DNA of 62,995 bases, counting the filler, from Octopus bimaculoides (taxonomy: Eukaryota): NCBI RefSeq assembly GCF_001194135.2. It is 4 parts of 4 records of this genome, joined end to end, with 100 filler letters (N's around TTAATTAATTAA, not from the genome) between each part and the next. Parts side by side here need not be neighbours in the genome. Positions count along the whole stretch, not along the records: positions 41,552 to 58,117 come from NC_069001.1; positions 58,218 to 62,995 come from NC_068981.1; 2 more parts are not named here. One strand, given 5' to 3'. Under the pieces are notes generated by a model. The model worked only from the letters and a program-made list of their open reading frames with translations, ran no database searches and had not been told where the DNA came from. The position numbers were made by a program, and so were the translations under genes. This document shows, piece by piece, positions 53,199-62,995 of the stretch. Numbering within the stretch: the first letter of the stretch is position 1; each line of letters starts with the position of its first letter.

Positions 53199-53523
53199 TT
53201 ATACGCTTATGTATATATATATATATATATATATATACGTGTATATATGTATACATACCGTATATACATTTATATACAGATGTACACAAATGCACGCATA
53301 AACGTACACACACACACACTCATAAATAAATACACATATGTTATTGTATTGTTATATTGTTTTCTGCCATAATTGTACGTGTTTCTTAAACATCACTTTG
53401 TAGCCATTAGGAATATTATATAAATATATACATACATGCATGCATATATATATATATATATATACACGTTTATGAATTTGTGTTGCAGAATTCCTGTTTT
53501 GTGCGTGTGAATATATATATGTG

Positions 53524-53554
<31 letters not shown>

Positions 53555-53579
53555 GTGTATATGTCTGTATGTACGTGTG

Positions 53580-53616
<37 letters not shown>

Positions 53617-54845
53617 ATATNNNNNNNNNNNNNNNNNNNNNNNNNNNNNNNNNNNNNNNNNNNNNNNNNNNNNNNNNNNNNNNNNNNNNNNNNNNNNNNN
53701 NNNNNNNNNNNNNNNNNNNNNNNNNNNNNNNNNNNNNNNNNNNNNNNNNNNNNNNNNNNNNNNNNNNNNNNNNNNNNNNNNNNNNNNNNNNNNNNNNNNN
53801 NNNNNNNNNNNNNNNNNNNNNNNNNNNNNNNNNNNNNNNNNNNCGTTTGAGGAGAAAGGATGGGATGAAATAAACGTAAATAAATTCAGCTTCAGAGATG
53901 AAATAATCGATTTAATATGATTCCTTGATGTAAGCAGCAGCAGATTGACTGGAATCAAAGAACATTGGAAGGAAAAATATACATTGTAGAATGTAGAATT
54001 TCATTCTCTAAATGTCTATTAGAATATGGTGATAAATAGAAACAAGATTGGTCAAAATACTTCTGATATTATTTGCATTGATTCTTTTCGGTATAAATTC
54101 TATAAATTCTTTCATTATTGGAGACTTTATGTTGAAAATTATTTCCAGTTAAATTATCCAAGACCAATTCCGATATCTGAATACGTCCAATGGACAACTG
54201 GAGATTGGTTTCGGAACTATATTCACTGTAGACGCTAAACAAAGACAGAATTGGTTTTAGACAGCCTCCTGTAATTTTCGAATATTGTATTTTGTTTATG
54301 AAATCAAGGAATAGCTGAATGGGACTCAGAGAGTACAGTATTTAAATGAAGGAATTAAATCGGAGTACAGATACGCCAGCCATTTATAAACACCCAGACA
54401 ACTGTTTTTATAATTCAACAGCGACAAGTACATTATCTTCCAGCATTACAGGATCAAGTTAATAATGACTGTTCACTTTCTTGTGTTATTCTCTTTACGT
54501 TTAATTTTAAAATAAAAACAGTTCTAAGTGAAATAAATAACATCATTTATCAAACGTGTTTAAAACGTTAGGTTTTGATAGATGAAGGTTTAAATAAACT
54601 GAACAACTCTCAGCAAAATGAAAGTGAAGTTATGGGAGGAAGATTGATGAGACAACCGTTGACAATACAGTATGACTACAGTTGACATTGAATAATTACT
54701 GGTACCAAAATGATACCATTTGTTTCTGAAACAGATGGAGATCAGAATGGCATCATTGTGACAGAGTATAGCTGCTGGAAAAAGTTGCCAATTAACCCTC
54801 AGATGGCACTCTACTCTCTTATATATTTGTGGTTGTTTTCCTGCT

Positions 54846-54884
<39 letters not shown>

Positions 54885-55451
54885 TGAGAGCGAGAGAGGG
54901 AGAGGGAGAAAGAGAGAGAGATAGAAAGAGAGAGAGAGAGAGAGAGGAGAGAGAGAAAGAGGGAGAGAGAGAAAGAGAGCGAGAGAGAGATCAAGGTGGT
55001 AGCCTAGAAACAAGGCTCTTTCAATGGAATTTAGACAAGATCAAACAACGTAGTCTTGTATGCCTAGACGTATGTCTGCATTCTCATACTGAGTGAAATG
55101 ACGGTAGAATCTAACAAAGGACTTATTTAAACAACCACCTGAGGAGGGGTATTTTACACCTTGGATGGATAATAATGATTGCAAAACATATCACCAGTGT
55201 ACTACGGGTGTTAAAATATGTCGAAACAATTGTAGCAATTTTTAATTAAAGCATATAATTTATTCTGTTTTCCATCATTTACCTATTTATATAAAGTGGT
55301 CAGATACTATGGAATTCCTGTTATATATCCAGTAGCAGGATCATTTCCTCTCTAGGATGACATCAGCTACCCAATAACAAGGGATGAGTTTTGCATTACA
55401 TAACACAAGGGTTTTTTTTCTTTTACATGAATCTTATTTAACTATATATAA

Positions 55452-55482
<31 letters not shown>

Positions 55483-55844
55483 TCTATATCTATATATATA
55501 TGCGTGTATGTGTGCCTTTTTTAAAGGTTTCTCAGATAGCAGTGAAACTATAAACAATCAGTCCTAAACCTATGAAGTCAAAGTACTCTTCCTCGTATTT
55601 TCTCACTTATACAGACAAAGCCTCTATTTTATATGTTACTGGTCGGCCAGCCTTCTTAGTGCAGTTGTAGCGTATCTGATTGTTATTCCGCAGACACATG
55701 GTTCGACTCACGTCGCCGATTTTCCTCATTTATTTTCACCAACTCAATACTTTTGACGTAATATATTAGTAACTATTATTTTGTAGCTGCATATGCATTT
55801 CAACAGTTTCTCTACTAAAAAAAGACTAATTTTCAAATTTCTTA

Positions 55845-55882
<38 letters not shown>

Positions 55883-56699
55883 GCATACATATTGAGAAAA
55901 ATAGCTAAAACTACTGAACTATGCCTATCTACCAAGAGAGACATACCTAAATATACACACCTGCATACAAACTCCTACATGCTTCAATAAATTGTAAAGA
56001 AGAACATAATTTAATCAATCCAAATTTAATCAATAATTTTTTTTTCCAAAAAGCCTCTCTACCACGACCCTACAACCTAATTACCACCCCACTCAAATCC
56101 ACGCACTCAAGAAAGATTTTAACTAAATAGAAATTATATAAAGGCAATTTTAACTTTAATGCATTACAGTCCAACTCACCGAAACTTCGAAGTCACTGTC
56201 AATAATATTCTTATTTAAGAATAACACATACACATACATATATACATTTATATACACACACACATATATATATATATATGCATATATACATTTATATACA
56301 CATATATATATACATATCGGTATGTGTGTGTACGTATTGCTGATTTGTGGGAACAACCGGTGCACTGAACAAAAGTTCTTTGCTGCATAAAATAACCAAA
56401 CGATTCGACTTCCATACCCAATTAACACCATAAATACCATACAGTATTATTCTTGAAAGTTGTGCTCCAGCTTGGCTACAATGTAATAACTGGAGCTACA
56501 GAAGAATAAAAGGGAGATTATAAGAAACCAAAAAATAATTGCGATACTTTGCAAAAGTCAGCGGACGTAGCCATGTTCTTGACATGATCACCATTCTCAC
56601 TCGGTGAATATTTACCAATTCCTCTCTTCATAATTGAATGCTTGTTGAAAAGCATAAAAGCAAAAAGCCATAAAAGCATTGGTCCAAGTTCTTTTCGAG

Positions 56700-56707
56700 T
56701 GTGTGTA

Positions 56708-56790
<83 letters not shown>
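56700..56790. repeat. (TG)n microsatellite
   Basis: Direct reading. Confidence 0.95.
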
Positions 56791-56792
<2 letters not shown>

Positions 56793-57077
56793 CGCTCTCT
56801 CGGCACCAAACCTACCATTATCTCTAGTGAAAGTGTTATTGGTGCTGCAGGACAAATAACAGACATGGAACTGTTGCGAAAAATCTTGAATGTCAAAGAT
56901 AAACTTTAGAAAATGAGAAGGTTAGTTGAGTTGAAGAATATAAAAGACAATGTCAATTTGGGGAAATCTATTGTGTGTGTGTGTGGGGGGGAATTCAATT
57001 ATGTTGTTGGACCATAACAATGTCGGTCAGGCGACAAAACCGGTACCTTCCATAATGAGAGTCAATTGCAGGTTACA

Positions 57078-57147
<70 letters not shown>

Positions 57148-57521
57148 GTATGTATATATATTTATATGAGTGTACAAATATGTATACATGCATATATATA
57201 TATATTTATGTATGTATTTTTATATATGTATAATTGATATGTATGTATGCGTGCGCACGTGTATAATATATATGCATTTATACATATATATATGTGTGTG
57301 TGTGTGCGTGTATGTATATATATGTACACACACTGAATATATATGCGTGTATATCCACACTTACACTTACACACATATATGTATGTATACATTTATATAC
57401 ATGCATACACACATGCACACATATACATGATACGCAACACAGTGGGCTTCGAGAAAAGTTCATTAATATTTATTGAATAAAAATATTAGTGGATATAACT
57501 ACATTTATTTAATACGCACAG

Positions 57522-57591
<70 letters not shown>

Positions 57592-57789
57592 NNNNNNNNN
57601 NNNNNNNNNNNNNNNNNNNNNNNNNNNNNNNNNNNNNNNNNNNNNNNNNNNNNNNNNNNNNNNNNNNNNNNNNNNNNNNNNNNNNNNNNNNNNNNNNNNN
57701 NNNNNNNNNNNNNNNNNNNNNNNNNNNNNNNNNNNNNNNNNATATATATATATATATGTATATAGACATACATACATACATGCGTACAC

Positions 57790-57826
<37 letters not shown>

Positions 57827-58054
57827 AAGAAGAAGAAGAAGAAGAAGATAGCTGTAGAAAGCAACTAGAAAACAAAAGATAAGAACAGTAACAACAATAA
57901 TAACAACAGTTAGAAGAGTAGAAAAAAAACATCATCTCTGGACATTTGTGGCGATGTAGAAGATGATGGTTGGATGCACCGATTAGAATATTGCAGAGGG
58001 AATATAAGAGGAAAAAAATATAACACTCGTCACCACTATCAGATATGTTATATG

Positions 58055-58117
<63 letters not shown>

Positions 58118-58219
58118 NNNNNNNNNNNNNNNNNNNNNNNNNNNNNNNNNNNNNNNNNNNNTTAATTAATTAANNNNNNNNNNNNNNNNNNNNNNNNNNN
58201 NNNNNNNNNNNNNNNNNTG

Positions 58220-58249
<30 letters not shown>

Positions 58250-58254
<5 letters not shown>

Positions 58255-58445
58255 CTTTGTCGCTCCCACCATCGCTTGACAACCGATGTTGGTGTGTTTA
58301 CGTTCCCGCAACTTAGTGGTTCGGGAAAAGAGACCGATAGAATACTAGGCTTACAAAGAATAAGTTCTGGGGTCGATTTGTTCGACTAAAGGCAGTGCTC
58401 CAGCTCGACCGCAGTCAAATGACTGAAACAAGTAAAAGAATAAAA
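58250..58445 (+). mobile_element. SINE family A, 3' half
   Basis: ccaccatcgcttgacaaccgatg..ggggtcgatttgttcgactaaagg..aaatgactgaaacaagtaaaagaataaaa. Confidence 0.88.
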
Positions 58446-58623
58446 TATCTCTTTACGTCTTGAATTCAAATTTCTCCGTTGTGTATTTTACTTTTCTTGT
58501 TTCCATCGAAGTCTATAATTTAAGTACTAATCAAGTACTCGTGTACTATGCGCTGTTGAATCGAATACACTCGTCACTCGAATAGCCTTTTGAAGTGGCG
58601 TTGTGCATTTATTAGAGTGTATT

Positions 58624-58831
58624 GGCGGCGAGTTGGTAGAATTGTGAGCACGCCAGGAAAAATACTTAGCAGCATTTCGTCTGTCTTTACGTTCTGAGTT
58701 CAAATTCCACCGAGGTCGACTTCGCATTTCATTCTTTTTGGGTCGATAAAATAGGTACCATTTGAGCACTGGAGTAGATATAATCGACTTACCCCTCCAC
58801 CGAAATTGCTGGCCTTGTACCAAAAATTTGG
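58624..58831 (+). mobile_element. SINE family B with 'ccaaaaatttg' tail
   Basis: Homology to the other B copies. Confidence 0.88.
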
Positions 58832-60610
58832 CATAAGGCTGTATCTTTTTTTTCTTAAACCTGGTTGAAGAACTATTTCAAGTATACTTTCTCGAAAGAG
58901 AGAGATAAGAAAAATAAAATGCACTTAGATGTTTTTGTTAAAAGTAGTGGTACAGTTACAGTATGTACCACTTGGATCAGCCCTTGAGTGTGTCACCTCC
59001 AGTGAGCTTACCAAGCATTTACATGCTTAAACAACAAGCAAACCCAAAATCCCGCGCCATAAGAACGTCCCCTGGGACGGATCAGCAATTCGCTCCACCT
59101 CAGGCACGTTACAGGTTGTAAGGTAGTTTGCCATCTTACATTTAAAAGAATGTACAAGTTTTAAAATATTTACAGATGATGTGAGACTACCTTAACGATG
59201 TTACCTGATGTTATAGTATTGATATTTTATGTAGATTAATTATAAGTGTAATTCCTGGGATTTTGCATTTATATCTAATCACACATTTCGTTGATCATTT
59301 TCAAGGCAGCTGTAATTATATGAATCGTTTCCACTTTCTTTACCTTCGTTCTGTTTATTTCTAATTCCAAGATCTTTACAACTGAGTAATTAGCATAAAA
59401 AGGACACGACCTCTGCTGAGGAAGAACTTATTTTCTATGAAGGAGAGTCCATCTCCCATGAGGAGGAACTAGCCTCCTCCTGAAATAAAATGAAATTCAC
59501 GCTTTGTAAGACTAACTAATATGTCGCTTGCAAGATTGATAAAAGTCTAATATAACACATAAACGAAATAAATCAGAAATTTCGAAACAAAATACGGATC
59601 GAGAAGAAAATGAGATTACATTAAAAAGGACAGAATATAAGTTCAACTTTCTGACAGACATTACAAAGAGCTGTGCGTCAGCGAATGATCCAAGTTATCA
59701 ATGTAAGCCTTCTGCATGAATGATAAATAGTTAAATCGATTCTAACATATTTAATGTTAGTGAATTAATAAATATTAACTGGTTAAAATTACAACAATGG
59801 TAATTAATGAGTAAAAATCATTTGTTTAATGATGAATTATAGTTAAGATAGGCAGGGTTAATATCTTATTCGGTTAGGTGTTAGACAACAAGCGATGTGG
59901 TCAAACAAAACATAAGACATAAATAGGAATGGTAAATGATACCATGCGTGTGGTACATAGTTGGGAACGAAAGATTGAAATAGATTAATCAAGGAAGAAA
60001 GGCGATGGAGATAGAAAGAGAAAACAGATAAGATAGAGACATAGATCCGTGTACAGTTCAGTAGACAAATCAGTTTACATGTGTGAAATGAGTAAGTAAA
60101 GAGATAATCAAGCTATTATACGGACGGTTAAGTTGACGGAGTGATAAGCAGAGAAATAAAGAAGATTGATTGACAAACAGAACAGCCATATAAATAGAAA
60201 GATTTAGTGAATCTGATGTGGATATAGGAAAGGTGAGCGAAGAAAAACAAAATGACAAGCATTTAGATAAAATAACAGATAAGGCCTAAAAGCTGAGTAA
60301 TATGACAGCATGTAGAATCATACAGAAAGTATAACAAAAACGAGCAGTCACACCGATTCAGAGCCAGTTATGCGTTTTATGATCTTTCAATCTTGATCTA
60401 CATGTAGCAAACGTTTCCTCGTTCAGACTTTTATTTTATTTTCATGGTTAGGTCAGAATGAAGATGTGCTCAGGGCCTTTACAAGCTTTCCGAAACCACA
60501 CAGGTCTTCTTTTTCTGTTATAATTTCATTGATATCAAGGCCGTTGTAGAAATATAAGTGAACTGTCTCGTTGAGACTTTCTTTCATCTATACCGGAGCG
60601 ATACAAATCA

Positions 60611-60704
60611 TGGTTGACCTCGGCGAAATTTGAACTCAGAACGAAAAACGCAGTAACTAACTGCCTCAAGGAATTTTGTTCTACGCTCTAACAATTCTGC
60701 CAAG
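60611..60704 (-). mobile_element. SINE family B, 5' fragment
   Basis: gacctcggcgaaatttgaactcagaacg..ctaacaattctgcca. Confidence 0.65.
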
Positions 60705-61020
60705 GTGATCGACGAGGTTAGCGTTCTTTAACGACTGTAAATTGATGGTTGCACGAAAAATAAAATAAAAAAAATAAAATAAAACAAAGAAATGGAAGGA
60801 TTTCCAAGGGAGAGATTTTCTGGGGAGTAAGAACTGGGTCGAGTGGTCAGCGAAAAGCCTAAAGACACAGAGATGGAGGTAAGCACAATGTGGTTGACTG
60901 AGTCCGTTCTAACTTGTCATTGCTGCATACCATAGATTTCTACAACCATGCGAAAGTAGCTAAGCATGTGTCAATGCATAGTTAATATATGGAATAGTAA
61001 AACAAATCTGAAATAAAATG

Positions 61021-61412
61021 TTTTTTTTTTTACTTGCTTCAGTCATTAGACCGCAGCCATATTGAGACTGCGCCTTGAAGTGTTTTAGTCGAATGATTTG
61101 ACCCAGTACTTATTTTTTAAAGCTTGTTACTTATTCTATCGGTCTTTTTGCCGAATTACTTAGTTACTGGGGCATAACCACACCAAAAGCGATGACGGGG
61201 GATAAACACAGATACAAAAATAGGCAGATATACACACATACGATTATACATATACGATAGGCTTCTTTCAGTTTCCATCTACCAAATCTGCCCACAAGGC
61301 TTTGGTTGGTCCGTGGCTATAGTAAAAGACACTCGCCCAGGGTACCACGCAATAGAATTGAACACAGAACCATGTGATTGGGAAGCAAACTTCTTAACGC
61401 ACAACCACGCCT
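61021..61412 (-). mobile_element. SINE family A, full length
   Basis: Tail, central simple repeat and tRNA-like head all present. Confidence 0.9.
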
Positions 61413-62569
61413 ACGAAAACCAAAAAATATTACTCGACGAGTTTTCTTTTTCTTTCTCTTTTTATTTTCCCTGGCAATTATGAGGCACAACTCCGGATAT
61501 GTTCCCATATCTTTGAAAAGTACAGTCTCATCGTAGGTAACTTGTTGAAGTGTTAGCGAACGAATCGCTAACTTAATATAGAGAAATGTATATTTGTTAG
61601 GAGTAAGTTACTATTACGAGTTTACACTCCAGTGAAGGATGATCAATAAATCTGATATCCGGAGTTTTCTTTTATATCTTCCGGAACAATGAAAACATAA
61701 AATTGTCAACATTGTTTTCTTCTTTATCAATGTCAGTATGTATTTTATTCTAATAAAGCGTTGCAAGGCTCTGCGTATTAAATATATCACGCATTTACTG
61801 TTCATTGTGCCGATGACATCTCAAAATGATTTAGCGTGTAACAGGAGTTGATAACTATCAGTAATTGCTCTCATATCCATCATAATGAAGTATTTGATGA
61901 GACTGCTGCTGGCTCACGTGAAATTTAACATGTTGATCAACATTGATTAGCTTAATGTTCGAAGAGATAAGAAATACAGTTTCAACGATGCATCATTTTA
62001 TATTGATCTACTTGCTGGCGAGAAATATATGTCAAAATATTATCTGTCTGCAGGAAGCTGTTGTACCTATGGCGTTTACAAGCCAGTGAATTTGACGTGG
62101 TCAATGTTTGTCTTGAATAGTTGTAATTTGACAGCTATGATAAACAGATGAACGAGGAGGGAATTCCAAAAAGCTGGAATACAGAATCAGCGTGACACAA
62201 TACAATGGTGTAGAGTATTCTTTAATATATAATTGAAAGGATCCTAATTCCAGTAGACCAAGTTACACGTTTCCGATCACTCAAATGGTAATCCAAGCTT
62301 ATTTATTCATTTGGAATATCTGCTGTTTGAATATATTTTCGAAATATCGTCATTACAAAGTTAAGAAGAAAACGCTTATTTTTATATTCTCTGCGACACG
62401 TGCAGAAACATCTGCTTCAAGTTCACGTTTTTCATTTAATTTCCGGCACTCGCGAGAATATTCCAACGGTCTCAGACTTCACAGAAGTGAGATTACTGCG
62501 CTAACTTCCTTCTGAAATTATGTTGCTGATTAAATAATATCTTCAAGTAAAAAATTTAAAACAATGGAG

Positions 62570-62730
62570 TTGTGTACATTATTTACATTATTTACATTTG
62601 ACGGATATTTGTCCTCATCTTGTTTGTTCTTAACACAACGTTTCGGCTTATATATCCTCCAGCCTTCATAAGGTGTCTTGGGGAAATTTCAAACCTGGGT
62701 TCTCGTTCCTAAGGTATTTTTCGATGCTGT
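62570..62730 (-). ncRNA. Repeat segment with a hammerhead-like motif (62632-62677)
   Basis: Minus strand GACAC-CTtATGA-A-GGCT/loop/AGCC-GAAAC-GTT-GTGTT: helix I 5 bp, helix II 4 bp, core G5 changed to T. Confidence 0.55.
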
Positions 62731-62762
62731 TATTATTATCATTATTATTATTATTATCATTA

Positions 62763-62995
62763 TTCAGTAGTTTTATTTTTATAACGTGCTTTCACTTCAC
62801 TACCGAGCGCAGCTCTGTGCGCCTTGGGTATGTGCTGTGGTGCTCTTATGTTTACTGTATTGAAAGTGTTTTGCGTAGAATGTGTGCAGTACCCAGTAGT
62901 GCAATTTTCTGTATGTTATATATATTTGTAAGTCCTGGTGTTTTTGTTATGTATTTGTCTGAATATTTTTTTATTATACCTAAGGCACCTACTAT
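62763..62995 (-). mobile_element. R4/Dong-like RLE non-LTR element 3' end (ORF end at 62852, 3' UTR, then (AAT)n)
   Basis: IVGALGII(K)..YSDKYITKTPGLTNIYNIQKIALLGTAHILRKTLSIQ*; followed on the element strand by an (AAT)n tract. Confidence 0.85.

Noticed and set aside
53844-54800. Short ORFs in non-repetitive sequence (54026-54238 and 54710 onward) as host exons
   Set aside because: No recognisable domain, coding bias or convincing splice pattern by eye. A spliced RNA-seq alignment would be needed to exclude small exons.
59150-59205. KIFTDDVRL resembling an RT FADD motif
   Set aside because: It is isolated, and no other RT motifs are found in frame.

Overview
Eukaryotic, AT-rich, gap-ridden non-coding DNA. 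It is most consistent with an octopus (coleoid cephalopod) draft assembly; this is an inference from the SINE families, the maT/rosa/Dong-like elements and the very dense (TA)n/(CA)n/(GATA)n microsatellites. No host protein-coding exon, rRNA, true tRNA or CRISPR array can be supported. Almost all ORFs in the track are translations of microsatellites or N-gaps, and the rest are transposon remnants. Contents: (1) about 20 copies of three main tRNA-derived SINE families, called A, B and C here; (2) decayed Tc1/mariner elements (mariner, Tc3-like DD34E, maT DD37D, rosa DD41D), two of them near-palindromic derivatives, one built from two 5' ends and one from two 3' ends; (3) non-LTR fragments (Tx1/L1 RT, CR1 RT, several RLE-type fragments, R4/Dong-like or NeSL-like); (4) two Penelope-like GIY-YIG endonuclease remnants; (5) about seven hammerhead-ribozyme-like motifs. 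The hammerhead motifs are the most interesting signal. One has a canonical core with a near-palindromic helix III, one lies inside a 279-bp direct-repeat unit resembling a retrozyme, and two sit directly 3' of RLE-type LINE sequence. All family assignments come from motif recognition by eye, without database searches.
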